DNA from: a virus
Lineage: Duplodnaviria; Caudoviricetes
Virus record (IMG/VR): IMGVR_UViG_3300028048_000038
Span: 224,001-288,000 of that record
Reading direction: 5' to 3' (one strand)
Length of the DNA: 64,000 nt
In this document: positions 27,845-37,416 of the stretch, piece after piece
How the letters are laid out: every line of letters starts with the position of its first letter
Position numbering within the stretch: the stretch's first letter is position 1
Position numbers and translations under genes: made by a program
Notes under the pieces: generated by a model
What the model was told of the DNA's origin: nothing
What the model saw: the letters and a program-made list of their open reading frames with translations, nothing else
Database searches by the model: none

Positions 27845-28193
27845 TACTCCTTTCTAAAGCCTCTTGAAAAGTATGTATCAACCATACAATGCCGCTTGCA
27901 AAAAAGCCATCTAGAATCATTATTACCCACCAAGGAGAATAGCCAGCAAGTAACAGCATCATTGGAGTAAGTGCAAGTTCTGGTAAGAAAAATGAATTTG
28001 TTATACTAAGAATAAATCCTACCCAAGTAGGAAAACATATCATACATGAGAACAGCTCTCCAAGATTAGGACTAAGTTTATTAGCTAAATCTCTAATTTT
28101 ATCATACACATGAGCTGGACCGTGGGCATACACAAAATGATTTGAAATAGCATATGCAACAATTGAAAAAACAAAAACAACAATCCACTCCAT
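27831..28193 (-). CDS. Membrane protein (DUF1360-like)
   Basis: Three hydrophobic segments, GELFSCMICFPTWVG. Confidence 0.65.
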   Translation of the reverse strand: MEWIVVFVFSIVAYAISNHFVYAHGPAHVYDKIRDLANKLSPNLGELFSCMICFPTWVGFILSITNSFFLPELALTPMMLLLAGYSPWWVIMILDGFFASGIVWLIHTFQEALERSNANE

Positions 28194-28669
28194 TACTGTT
28201 CCTCCGTTATTTCTTCTACAGTATTATTTTCTTCAATTTGAGACTCTTCTTGTGGCTTCTCAGCCTCTTTCTTCTTCTTGGTGTACTTCCTCTTAGGTTT
28301 CTCAGTTTTAACCTTCTCAGTGACAAATTTAAGTGTTGTCAACTCGTCATATGAAAGCTCTGAGAATAGTTCCTTCAATTCAGTAACCTTATCCTTAAGA
28401 AGCTTGAGTTTAAGCACAATATCGTTATTTGCCTTGATTGTTTCCTCAACCAAGTCAAACATGTCTTCATAACTAGTATCCTTTGAATCTGCATAGTAAT
28501 AGGTTAAAGCGCCATCATCTGATGGAGTAACCTTTATCCTACCGTCATTGGAAGGATATGCTTTCCAGTTTCTTGGATATACGACCTTGACCATGAGTGC
28601 CTCATTGTACATTTCTATGCCACGAAAATAAGGCTTCATGTCATTCATTCTTTCTTGTAATGTCTTCAT
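28193..28669 (-). CDS. Hypothetical protein
   Basis: 158-aa ORF with coiled coil and charged tail. Confidence 0.8.
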   Translation of the reverse strand: MKTLQERMNDMKPYFRGIEMYNEALMVKVVYPRNWKAYPSNDGRIKVTPSDDGALTYYYADSKDTSYEDMFDLVEETIKANNDIVLKLKLLKDKVTELKELFSELSYDELTTLKFVTEKVKTEKPKRKYTKKKKEAEKPQEESQIEENNTVEEITEEQ

Positions 28670-28861
28670 TTAAAATCCGCAAATCAACATTGTTAGTATA
28701 TATGATAATGCAACACCGAAAACGATAAGCTCGTTCTGTGTAGCTAGTTTTCCACTCTTAAGACGGAAAACACTTATAACATGGAATATATCGACAATCA
28801 ATGTCAATATAGCCATTATAAACAAAAATACTTTTAACTGTAATAATAAAGTTGCAATCAT
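28670..28861 (-). CDS. Small two-TM membrane protein
   Basis: Two hydrophobic helices. Confidence 0.65.
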   Translation of the reverse strand: MIATLLLQLKVFLFIMAILTLIVDIFHVISVFRLKSGKLATQNELIVFGVALSYILTMLICGF

Positions 28862-29058
28862 GGTTCTACCATATTTTCTGTGTGATTATTCTTAACTGTA
28901 ATGATTTCATCACCATTGACAGCACGTTCAACCCCATCAACATCAACCAAATACATATTAGCTGGTTTGAATGTAAATGGATTGACCAATTTCATCATGT
29001 CTTTTACAACATAATCACCATCCTTTGTGGTAATTATACTACCCTTCTTTATCTCCAT
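28858..29058 (-). CDS. Small hypothetical protein
   Basis: 66-aa ORF with ATGA overlap. Confidence 0.65.
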   Translation of the reverse strand: MEIKKGSIITTKDGDYVVKDMMKLVNPFTFKPANMYLVDVDGVERAVNGDEIITVKNNHTENMVEP

Positions 29059-29137
29059 AATTATATTAAATATTACATTCTTTATAAAAGATAAAAAAAA
29101 TGCTCAAAAACTAAATAGTTTTCAAGCATTTTATATT

Positions 29138-29614
29138 TTAATATCCACTTTCGGCATCATTAGCGAAATCTCCAACTTCTATCTTCTTATATATCACCCT
29201 TGCAAGATGGTCTCCAAGTGTTGTATTAAACCATTCGTCAAATTGTAATGACTGAACATCACTTCGATTCATTTGTCTACCAAAGCCACTATGTCCCAAT
29301 ACAACGTTATCTATAGTGAAATCACCATCAAAACTACCTCTTATAGATACTGCTTCACTCATTCCTTCACCATAATCGGCTTCGAATTCATAATATGAAT
29401 CTCCAGTTTCCCAGACATATACATTCCTTAAATCTTGAGGTGTTATATGTTCAACTTCACTTATTGGATTATAAGTGTCAAGCTCATTTGGATTTCCAGT
29501 ACTTGCAAAGTCTTCATCTGAGAACTGATTAAAATCTTCTTTCAAGATTCTAGTTACAGATTCTTTTACAATGTTATGGAGTTCGCCTTCTGTTAATCTA
29601 ATTATCTTTTTCAT
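29138..29614 (-). CDS. Leader-motif protein (putative internal virion protein)
   Basis: MKKIIRLTEGELHNIVKESVTRILKE. Confidence 0.75.
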   Translation of the reverse strand: MKKIIRLTEGELHNIVKESVTRILKEDFNQFSDEDFASTGNPNELDTYNPISEVEHITPQDLRNVYVWETGDSYYEFEADYGEGMSEAVSIRGSFDGDFTIDNVVLGHSGFGRQMNRSDVQSLQFDEWFNTTLGDHLARVIYKKIEVGDFANDAESGY

Positions 29615-29615
29615 A

Positions 29616-30317
29616 TTACTTTAAATCTAATGTTACTGAAGCGCCAACCATTATACCCCATTGTTTATTGATTGGGTCATAACCAACAGTGACACCAGGC
29701 CCGAATGAGAATCTGTCCAAGAAGTTTCTCTTCTCTTTCTTTTTCCAAACGGTTGGGTTTGTTACCGTTCCACCATTATCTGGTTTAATCGTTATCTCGT
29801 TAGCTCCACCTTCTTCTTTATTAACTATCGTAAACTTATTCTTCACCTTTGCTTGTATTGAATACCAATTTGGTTCTGTAAACGAATTTACATTCAACTT
29901 ATATTGGAATGTGTCATTTGGCTCGCTTGCATATTCATATGTCTTCGCAACTGAAGGAATAACCATAGGAATTGTATCATATACGGCACTATCCTTTATA
30001 ATTGGCTTACTACTGCTTTGACCAGTATTATATTCCTTTTCATGATAGAACTGTACAATATAGTCTATTTTGTCCTTGTATTGTTTCAAGGAATCATATA
30101 GTTCTCTGTTTTCTTTCTTTAGTTCCTTGAATTTCTTCTCATAGTACACCTTGTGATATGTTCCAGTGGTGTCGGTGAACTCTATTTCATCTATATGTTT
30201 CTGTTTTTCATGAAGTTTATAGTTGAAATATGCCACCAATCCTATTATCAAAACAATCAATAGTGCAATTATCCATGAAGAATATTTCTCGTAAAACTTT
30301 TTAAAAAATTCTTTCAT
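29616..30317 (-). CDS. Membrane-anchored protein, spanin candidate
   Basis: N-terminal TM, coiled coil, C-terminal amphipathic beta hairpin FSFGPGVTVGYD...WGIMVGASVTLDLK; adjacent to the holin-like gene. Confidence 0.45.
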   Translation of the reverse strand: MKEFFKKFYEKYSSWIIALLIVLIIGLVAYFNYKLHEKQKHIDEIEFTDTTGTYHKVYYEKKFKELKKENRELYDSLKQYKDKIDYIVQFYHEKEYNTGQSSSKPIIKDSAVYDTIPMVIPSVAKTYEYASEPNDTFQYKLNVNSFTEPNWYSIQAKVKNKFTIVNKEEGGANEITIKPDNGGTVTNPTVWKKKEKRNFLDRFSFGPGVTVGYDPINKQWGIMVGASVTLDLK

Positions 30318-30320
30318 ACG

Positions 30321-31079
30321 TTAATGGTTTTTCATAACTATATCCAAGTCCAACAATTGTGTCAACGTCTTGTCGTGCTCAGTAAGTTTCTTTTCTATCA
30401 ATGAAGGGTCTGGAACATCTTCGTATCTATGGTATGACACGCACAAGAAGCCAAGTGGTGTACCACCGCTGCTTATATAAATCATTCCAAGATATACGCC
30501 CCCAACACTCTTAATGTGATTAGCGAATTCGCAGTCAATCTTCTCTATCTCATCAACAGTTCCGATAATCATCTTCTGCTTTTGCAGATAATGAGGATAT
30601 TTGTAAAGTGTCAACGGAATATCTTGAAACTGCATTGCAATTCTGTCAACCTTTTTTTCTTCATTGACCTCTTCATATGACATATCTGCAAACCTGAAAG
30701 GAAGCCCACTTGTATTTCTCTTACCGTTGTGCAGTTCAAACAAGAATGCTCTATCTGCATTAAGTGTATATGTAAGTAATTGGAGGTCATGTTGTATCTT
30801 AGGTGTTACAACAAAATCCCTTATATTCTCCTCTTTCTGGCTTTTAACCAAATTCATCGATGTCTCATGCATCGCATCTTTATCGCTTATGAACTTGTAA
30901 GCGAAAAATCCTCCTAATAGTGTGGCTAGAAAGAAAAACATAACTAAATAAACTTTAACAATCCTTGTCCACTTTGCATTTGCGATAGTATTTGCAACAT
31001 TGTTCAATGCTTTTGTGATTGAAGAAACTTTCTCTCCGCTAGGTTGATTTAAATTAATATTTATGTCCTTGTTTTCCAT
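30321..31079 (-). CDS. T4 T-holin-like protein (single TM plus GAF-like domain)
   Basis: Amphipathic N-terminus, one TM, then LNADRAFLFELHNG...PLGFLCVSY GAF-like pattern. Confidence 0.55.
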   Translation of the reverse strand: MENKDININLNQPSGEKVSSITKALNNVANTIANAKWTRIVKVYLVMFFFLATLLGGFFAYKFISDKDAMHETSMNLVKSQKEENIRDFVVTPKIQHDLQLLTYTLNADRAFLFELHNGKRNTSGLPFRFADMSYEEVNEEKKVDRIAMQFQDIPLTLYKYPHYLQKQKMIIGTVDEIEKIDCEFANHIKSVGGVYLGMIYISSGGTPLGFLCVSYHRYEDVPDPSLIEKKLTEHDKTLTQLLDLDIVMKNH

Positions 31080-31108
31080 TTCTACCTTTATACTAAATTA
31101 AATCGTTA

Positions 31109-31933
31109 TTAATCCTTCATTAACTTTCTAGCCTTATTTACCATATCGGCAAATTCCTTGTCCTCTTGTACCCTAAAACTAGAAGTTGATGTCTTAGCCT
31201 CTGCGTATTTATAGTCCCAAAGCTGTTTCATTCTCTCCTTCTGTTCATTTACCAAGGTCATGTTAGGCTTCTTAGTAACTACTGGCTCTTTAGCATGCCA
31301 TTCAACAAGATACTGATTATCAGCACTGTCTTTCATTACGAATCTGTTACCTTCTGTCTTATACTCATCTGGAATTCTAGTCATCATGTGATTCTCAGAA
31401 ATAAATTGCGTATTCTTAAAGGTAAGCATCTTGATTTTCTTTGACTCTCCCATTGTTTTCCTATTTTTTTCTACTTCAGTTTTATTAAGTTCTCTACCCG
31501 TTAAACCAATTTCAACTGCTGCGTCCTTACCGTCCTTAACAGCTTCAGCATGGTCTACTGCTGCTTTATAAATATTGCCCTCATCATCAAATGTTGCATT
31601 TCCAAAAGGTTCACCTTTGTGTTTGGTCTCTGCATCTTTTGATGGGTAGCCCTTCATCTGAGACTTAACTCTGTCTTGGAAAGGCTTATTGATGCTATCA
31701 TAGGTCAAATCATGCATACCTTTGTTGTCAGTGGCTGCAATACCACCACCAAGTTTCTTCTTGTCCTTTGTAAGTCCACCGTCATATTTCTCGGTTTCCT
31801 TCTTGGTATCACTGTAAGCCTTGTCATTGATTTTTTTGCTTTCATCTGCCCCAAAAACAACAGGTTTAAACTCATTTTGGCTTTCCTTGATGATTTGCCT
31901 CAAATTACCTACATTTATTTTTACGATACTCAT
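31109..31933 (-). CDS. Hypothetical protein with degenerate leader motif
   Basis: MSIVKINVGNLRQIIKE. Confidence 0.75.
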   Translation of the reverse strand: MSIVKINVGNLRQIIKESQNEFKPVVFGADESKKINDKAYSDTKKETEKYDGGLTKDKKKLGGGIAATDNKGMHDLTYDSINKPFQDRVKSQMKGYPSKDAETKHKGEPFGNATFDDEGNIYKAAVDHAEAVKDGKDAAVEIGLTGRELNKTEVEKNRKTMGESKKIKMLTFKNTQFISENHMMTRIPDEYKTEGNRFVMKDSADNQYLVEWHAKEPVVTKKPNMTLVNEQKERMKQLWDYKYAEAKTSTSSFRVQEDKEFADMVNKARKLMKD

Positions 31934-31945
31934 AATTAATTAAAT

Positions 31946-32107
31946 TTATCTATATTGATTTATGTATAATCCCCTTAACATTTGCTCAAACATAAGTTGA
32001 GTAATTTTTTTTCTATTGGCAACCTCTTTTTCATCCTCTTCCTTGAGCTGTTCATCAATTTCTCGAACTTTCTTGATTGCCTCTTCATTTGCTTCGTAAT
32101 CTATCAT
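31946..32107 (-). CDS. Small hypothetical protein (53 aa)
   Basis: Manual translation MIDYEANEEAIKKVREIDEQLKEED...QYR*. Confidence 0.55.
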   Translation of the reverse strand: MIDYEANEEAIKKVREIDEQLKEEDEKEVANRKKITQLMFEQMLRGLYINQYR

Positions 32108-32113
32108 AATGCG

Positions 32114-32452
32114 CTACTTTTTGCGATTCATTGATATTGAACCACCTCTTTTCAATGCAGGACCCATATCAACTTGATTTGTCTTTGCTTGAGTCACATC
32201 ACCAAGATTATGTGCTTGACGCATGATAGGTTCACTAAATGCGTTTCCTCCTACTTTTTTTTTATTCTTTCCTCCAAAAGCAGGCGCATCAATATGGTTC
32301 TTAGCTTGTCCAGCAGCACCACCTACATTGATACCAACACAGTTTGTAGCACCACCACCGCCAATTTCGCCATCTTCTTTCAATATTCTATATACAGCTT
32401 CCTTTACAATATTATGTAAGTCGCTCTCTGTAAGTCTAATTATCTTGTTCAT
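32114..32452 (-). CDS. Leader-motif protein, Gly-rich
   Basis: MNKIIRLTESDLHNIVKEAVYRILKE; TATTTATA at 32474-32481. Confidence 0.75.
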   Translation of the reverse strand: MNKIIRLTESDLHNIVKEAVYRILKEDGEIGGGGATNCVGINVGGAAGQAKNHIDAPAFGGKNKKKVGGNAFSEPIMRQAHNLGDVTQAKTNQVDMGPALKRGGSISMNRKK

Positions 32453-32514
32453 ATATAAACACATTTATTTTAATATAAATATTACACTTATACCAAAATT
32501 TTTATTTAGATAAT

Positions 32515-32542
32515 AAAAAAGGGTGATTGACAATCACCCTTC
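32515..32542 (-). terminator. Rho-independent terminator
   Basis: AAGGGTGATT-gac-AATCACCCTT. Confidence 0.75.
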
Positions 32543-32564
32543 TCATTTATTGATAGATTTTATA

Positions 32565-32978
32565 TTACTGTTGACTGTAATTTTGTGTGCTAAACGTTCT
32601 TTGTTGAGCAGTTTGAAGTCTACCTTGAACTTTTTTCAATGTCATATCTAACTGTTGTTTAAGTTGTTCAATTGGGACTTCCAAATCTTGTGGGTCTAAT
32701 ACCTTTATTGCATTAAGAGAATTCTCTATATTTGCTTTATGCTTTTGCATCATAGAAAGATTGCGTCCTGCTTGAGCTGTATTTTGAATATTTTGCCCTA
32801 AATTTTGGATACCTTGTTTTGCTTGTGCAAATTTGTTTCCTACAGCTTGTTTTCCAGCTCCCCATAAAGCACTCCATGCCCCTTCATCCATACCATTTTC
32901 CTTAAGGTATACTCTCACTGCATCCTCAACAAGCATGTGAAGGTCTTGTTCTGTCAATTGAATTGGTTTCTTTTCCAT
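32565..32978 (-). CDS. Leader-motif protein, Gln-rich helical
   Basis: MEKKPIQLTEQDLHMLVEDAVRVYLKE...MDEG. Confidence 0.75.
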   Translation of the reverse strand: MEKKPIQLTEQDLHMLVEDAVRVYLKENGMDEGAWSALWGAGKQAVGNKFAQAKQGIQNLGQNIQNTAQAGRNLSMMQKHKANIENSLNAIKVLDPQDLEVPIEQLKQQLDMTLKKVQGRLQTAQQRTFSTQNYSQQ

Positions 32979-32983
32979 ATCTT

Positions 32984-33172
32984 TTATCCTTCTATTTGTT
33001 CGTTGTTAGTTTCAGTATCACCAGAGGTAATCGGTTCTTCCTCATCAGGTCTGATGTATTTCTTATTCTTAATTTCCTTAACGTCCGAAATAGAGTATGA
33101 GTTTACATCATACATTGTATTATCATCATCAAATCCATAAAAATCAAGAGTTCTTACATTATTTTTTGCCAT
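32984..33172 (-). CDS. Small acidic hypothetical protein
   Basis: 62-aa ORF in operon. Confidence 0.6.
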   Translation of the reverse strand: MAKNNVRTLDFYGFDDDNTMYDVNSYSISDVKEIKNKKYIRPDEEEPITSGDTETNNEQIEG

Positions 33173-33194
33173 TTTTTTTCTATTTTTATTAAGT

Positions 33195-33590
33195 TTATTT
33201 TACACTGAAATAGTCATTATATAGTTTCCTTATAAATGCTTTTTTCATTGGATTTCCAATCCTCTCCTTATCCTTCATTTCCTTCTTAATCCTCTCAGAC
33301 CAATCATATGTTACGTAATAACGAGATTCTTGCCTTCCAGTTGTTTCATCATATGGTTCATCAATCCTCTCATCCTTGGTGATAATCCCATAATCATAAA
33401 GTTTCTTTCTAAGTTCTCCATTATGAAGTCCACAGCCCTTTAAAAGCTCGTTTGGGACTGTTCCTATGGGGTCTTTGCGTATTCCCTCTATAAACGCAAC
33501 AACGCTGTCGTAAAAGTCTTGAAAAGGTGGTCTTCTGTTGTCCTCTAGGAGTCTGTTGAATACTGCCTCATTGATGTGTATTAACTTCAT
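33195..33590 (-). CDS. Protein with short leader motif
   Basis: MKLIHINEAVFNRLLE. Confidence 0.7.
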   Translation of the reverse strand: MKLIHINEAVFNRLLEDNRRPPFQDFYDSVVAFIEGIRKDPIGTVPNELLKGCGLHNGELRKKLYDYGIITKDERIDEPYDETTGRQESRYYVTYDWSERIKKEMKDKERIGNPMKKAFIRKLYNDYFSVK

Positions 33591-33796
33591 CTAGTTACTC
33601 CTCCCTTCCATGTGCTACTACGATTCCACAAGGTACGAAATAAGTCTTCAATTACATCTGCTGTTATGTCCTTAACTGCTTTCTTAAAGTCCCTTGAGTT
33701 ATAAGCAGAAGATAAGCGGTTGGATACAATTGATTCAACCTCAGTCTTGCTTATTTCCTCATTGATAATTTCTCTTATTCTGTTCTCTGAAATCAT
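33587..33796 (-). CDS. Small protein with short leader motif
   Basis: MISENRIREIINEE; TATTTATA at 33813-33820. Confidence 0.7.
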   Translation of the reverse strand: MISENRIREIINEEISKTEVESIVSNRLSSAYNSRDFKKAVKDITADVIEDLFRTLWNRSSTWKGGVTR

Positions 33797-33830
33797 ATAA
33801 CATTATTTTTTATATAAATATCATAATAAC

Positions 33831-33858
33831 AAAAAAAGGGTGCTATAGGTAGCACCCT
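33831..33858 (-). terminator. Rho-independent terminator
   Basis: AGGGTGCTA-tagg-TAGCACCCT plus U-tract. Confidence 0.75.
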
Positions 33859-33874
33859 ATATCCATTTTTTCTT

Positions 33875-34294
33875 CTAGCATCTTTCTAAGTCCTCTCCTT
33901 TAAGAATCCTACTGAGTATTTTGATTCTTTCTTTATCGTTTAAAGAAACTTGTTTTAAATGTTCGTTTATTGTTTTATCAACTAATTCATTATATTTTTT
34001 AAGGGCTTCTTTCAAATTTGTGAAAAGAAACTCTTCTTGACCTTTAAATTTCCCACCTATTTGTACTAAGCCATTTGAGTCTTTTGGTTTAGATGGAACA
34101 AAATATCCATTAGGGTGATAAGTGTGTACGTGTTGCCCTCGCAAAATTGGCATACCATCTAGACCACCTCCTTTTATAGTGTCTCTTTTGCAATCGGCAA
34201 ATACGTTAATGCCAACATAATCATTTTCTTGCGATTCAACTTCATAAACAGTTGGCAAACATTTTCCAATCGTAAGTTCTTCAATTTTAATCAT
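33875..34294 (-). CDS. Hypothetical protein
   Basis: 139-aa ORF. Confidence 0.7.
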   Translation of the reverse strand: MIKIEELTIGKCLPTVYEVESQENDYVGINVFADCKRDTIKGGGLDGMPILRGQHVHTYHPNGYFVPSKPKDSNGLVQIGGKFKGQEEFLFTNLKEALKKYNELVDKTINEHLKQVSLNDKERIKILSRILKGEDLERC

Positions 34295-34403
34295 AATTCT
34301 TTATTATTTAAAGTGTTGACCTATTTTGTGAATAAACGATTTATAAGTTCTCTCTTTTCCATGTAATAGGCATTGTTTTCATTTATTATCATAACTTTCT
34401 ATT

Positions 34404-34796
34404 TTATCTATTATCTAAGACCATCCAAGTGTAATACTTGTATTCGTCTTTCTGTTCATGAACCTTAAAACCAACTGACTTGTAGAATTCAACTAGCTTG
34501 TCATCTGGAAATTCTCTTTCATACGTAGAATGAACAATCAAATAGATGAACTGCCCCTTTGTCTCTTCCTTTATATGGTTAAGCAACTCCCTTCCATAGC
34601 CTTTGCGTCTATGATTTGACCTAAATTCACCTAGATAGAAAATATCATCAGTACTTGGAAACCCTAAACGTTCTCTTCGAGATTTCTCCATATATACCCT
34701 ATTGATTTCTAGACTAGAAAGGCAAGCCCCATCTTCATTCTCCAAACGGTATCGAGTGGTTCTAAGATTCAAATGCTTAACTGTTAATTTGTTCAT
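34404..34796 (-). CDS. GNAT family acetyltransferase
   Basis: HRRKGYGRELL acetyl-CoA motif A; LVEFYKSVGF. Confidence 0.8.
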   Translation of the reverse strand: MNKLTVKHLNLRTTRYRLENEDGACLSSLEINRVYMEKSRRERLGFPSTDDIFYLGEFRSNHRRKGYGRELLNHIKEETKGQFIYLIVHSTYEREFPDDKLVEFYKSVGFKVHEQKDEYKYYTWMVLDNR

Positions 34797-35542
34797 TATT
34801 TCTTGATGATAAAATGTTTCTCTTTGTTGTCAATTAAATCCTCATACTTACCATTGTAGTACTCAGCCTCCTTAATCTGGTACTCTGCATAATCCTTGCT
34901 ACCTCTCTCAGCAAATTCCTTTGCTCTCTCAGCATGGTACTTAGCACAGTCCCTATTCCATTCAGCAAGCTTATCAACTTCATCCTTATCGATAATTTGA
35001 ACTAATCTGTATGTACCATCACCATTCTCTAATGCTGTAAATGTCTTATAGGTACAAGAATCATAGGTATTTTCTTCATCATTCCAGTTAAGATGTGGGT
35101 CGTAACCCACAACATCCTTTTCACTATAAATGTTGTCGAGATAATGGTGTACCAACTGTAAAGCAGTCTGTAAGCAAAGAATATAATTACCGAATGCATT
35201 GGTCTCCATAATGGTTTTATGATGATACTTAGGCATAATCTTTGCCTTTAAGATACTATCAAAGATATTATGCATCAATTCAATCACAATAACAGCTTGA
35301 GGGCATCTTTCTAGGCTTTCTTGATTGAAATGTTCGATGAATGTATTAAGCATATCTTTCATCTTATCCGCACAATCAGCATGGAAATCATTTGAAAAGG
35401 TGCGCCAGAATGGGTGCTCCTTAACCTCATCATGCTTCTTTCTAAGATGTTCCTTGAACTTATCTTCCCACCAAGCATCTACTTCTTCATCTGAAAGAGT
35501 TAATGCCTTTTTAACTCTTTCCTCTTTAACCTTTTCATCCAT
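34796..35542 (-). CDS. Hypothetical protein
   Basis: 248-aa ORF downstream of the cassette promoter. Confidence 0.8.
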   Translation of the reverse strand: MDEKVKEERVKKALTLSDEEVDAWWEDKFKEHLRKKHDEVKEHPFWRTFSNDFHADCADKMKDMLNTFIEHFNQESLERCPQAVIVIELMHNIFDSILKAKIMPKYHHKTIMETNAFGNYILCLQTALQLVHHYLDNIYSEKDVVGYDPHLNWNDEENTYDSCTYKTFTALENGDGTYRLVQIIDKDEVDKLAEWNRDCAKYHAERAKEFAERGSKDYAEYQIKEAEYYNGKYEDLIDNKEKHFIIKK

Positions 35543-35565
35543 TTCTTCTGAATTATTTTACGGTG

Positions 35566-35617
35566 CAAAGGTACGAAAAAAAATTGGACTGACCAAATAA
35601 TCAATCCAATTTTTAAC
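35566..35617 (-). promoter_or_regulatory. Fused terminator-promoter cassette, copy 2
   Basis: AATTGGATTGA-ttatttgg-TCAGTCCAATT, U-tract, TACCTTTG; 20-nt spacer. Confidence 0.75.
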
Positions 35618-35622
35618 AATTA

Positions 35623-36198
35623 TTAATCCTTGTTTTCTGCTCCTTTCTTTAGTTTTTCCATCAAATCGCCATCTTGAGTGATTGAATCCTTCCAATTTGA
35701 GAATGCATCCCTAATTTTACCCAATGTTCTTGCATTAGTATCTGTAAGCTGCATTGCATCACACCAGAGATAGCACCCGTCACCACTTGGGTCATTATAT
35801 CTAAACTGAAAATCAAGATTCAATGAAGGTATCTTACCGTCCAATGTCATATCATCAGCCTTTGGATAGTACTTCAAAGCATTCTCTGAAAATTGTACGT
35901 TATTGTTGATAGCCTTTCTGATTGCTTCCTCTTGTGATACCCTAACGTCACCAAATTGTGGCGTATTCTTTGTAATCTCAAAAGAGTCTTGGTGACTTTC
36001 ATCAACTTCCTCTTCCTCAGTTAAGATTTTTTTTTTACTATCGTCAACAGCCTCTTTCATTAGGATTTTAGCCCTTGTAATGAAGTTGTCCTTCTCTTCA
36101 CTCTCATTGACAAATTGTTCTGCTGCCCATTTTGCTTGCTCAATTCTACCCTTTCTTAAAGTGTCGAGCATCTTTCTTGTCATACTGTTCTCGCTCAT
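35623..36198 (-). CDS. Hypothetical protein (probable late gene)
   Basis: MSENSMTRKMLD...; internal KKILTEEEE. Confidence 0.75.
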   Translation of the reverse strand: MSENSMTRKMLDTLRKGRIEQAKWAAEQFVNESEEKDNFITRAKILMKEAVDDSKKKILTEEEEVDESHQDSFEITKNTPQFGDVRVSQEEAIRKAINNNVQFSENALKYYPKADDMTLDGKIPSLNLDFQFRYNDPSGDGCYLWCDAMQLTDTNARTLGKIRDAFSNWKDSITQDGDLMEKLKKGAENKD

Positions 36199-36203
36199 TT
36201 TTA

Positions 36204-36647
36204 TTAATAGTCTATTTCTACACCATTCCAAGAATAGCCAAACAAATGGTCTATCCTCTTTGGCTTCTTATTTTCTAGTTTAACACTCTTAAATGTCTCC
36301 TTGAATGCAGTTTCCTCGATTTCATCAACCTTCTTAAACTCAATGTTGTTTGATGGAATAATAACGCTTGGGTCTCCATTCATAAACTCAATAGCCTTTT
36401 CAATTTGTTCTTCTGTTGACTCATATTCAAGTTTCTTATTCTCTATGAATGGTTCTGCTGCCATGTTCTCGGCAATTGCGTCTAGATATTCTTGCTCAAT
36501 TGGTGGGTCTTGCTCAACCAAATTCATTTCAATCTCTTGTGATTCAATTATACTGTTTGCCACTTCTTCAATAACCTTTTTAGGGGTTGTTTTCTTACTT
36601 GTGGCTTTCTTAGTAGTTTTTTTCTTTGTAGTTTCCTTTTTTACCAT
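36204..36647 (-). CDS. Hypothetical protein with Lys/Thr-rich N-terminus
   Basis: MVKKETTKKKTTKK...; TATTTATA at 36663-36670. Confidence 0.7.
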   Translation of the reverse strand: MVKKETTKKKTTKKATSKKTTPKKVIEEVANSIIESQEIEMNLVEQDPPIEQEYLDAIAENMAAEPFIENKKLEYESTEEQIEKAIEFMNGDPSVIIPSNNIEFKKVDEIEETAFKETFKSVKLENKKPKRIDHLFGYSWNGVEIDY

Positions 36648-36673
36648 AGCTCTCTTATTATTTATAAATATCA

Positions 36674-37399
36674 TTATCCTAGCAATTCTTCCATATCATC
36701 ATACATCATCATTGATGAACGAAGTTTTCTGATGGCTGTTAATTTCACTTGTCTCACCCTTTCAGAACTGAGATTATATTTCTTACCAATCTCATTCAAT
36801 GTCAATTCTCTCTTATTACTTAGTCCATAATAATGTTCAATAATTTCTTTTTCCCTTGAATTAAGTGAATTTAGGAGCTTTCCGATTATCTCTCTCTGGT
36901 TTGCTCCCAATTCCTTCTTATATTCATCGGCTTCATTTGAAAAACCAACATCACCAATACCATTAATCATTTCATCTTCCTCATCAGCTATCTTACGTTC
37001 AAAGATGCTATCATTGGATTCTGTTGGGTCAATCTCAACCATTGTGATTATTCTCTTTCTCTTAATAGCTTCCAACATTCCTTGTCTTATCCACCATACA
37101 GCATAAGAAATAAATTTGACATCCTTCTCCTCATCGAACTTTTCGATAGCTCTCAATAGTCCCATATTCCCCTCTGAAATTAGTTCCGAAATGGAAAGTC
37201 CACGACCAGTATAATGTTTTGCAACATCAAACACAAACTTCAAATTTGCCTCCAATAATTCATTCTTGGCTTTTAGATTACCCTTTCTTGATAGTTTAAG
37301 TAACCTTTTTTCCTTTGCCTTTGTTAATGGTTTATATTTCTTTAAATCATTATAATAGACTTGTGTCGTTCTATTAAAGTCATTTACATATTGATTCAT
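36674..37399 (-). CDS. Phage-encoded RNA polymerase sigma-70 factor (RpoD/SigA-like)
   Basis: ANLKFVFDVAKHY, ELISEGNMGLLRAIEKFD, KFISYAVWWIRQ, region 4 TLNEIG...LSSERVRQ. Confidence 0.93.
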   Translation of the reverse strand: MNQYVNDFNRTTQVYYNDLKKYKPLTKAKEKRLLKLSRKGNLKAKNELLEANLKFVFDVAKHYTGRGLSISELISEGNMGLLRAIEKFDEEKDVKFISYAVWWIRQGMLEAIKRKRIITMVEIDPTESNDSIFERKIADEEDEMINGIGDVGFSNEADEYKKELGANQREIIGKLLNSLNSREKEIIEHYYGLSNKRELTLNEIGKKYNLSSERVRQVKLTAIRKLRSSMMMYDDMEELLG

Positions 37400-37416
37400 A
37401 TCGATTGGTTAAACAC

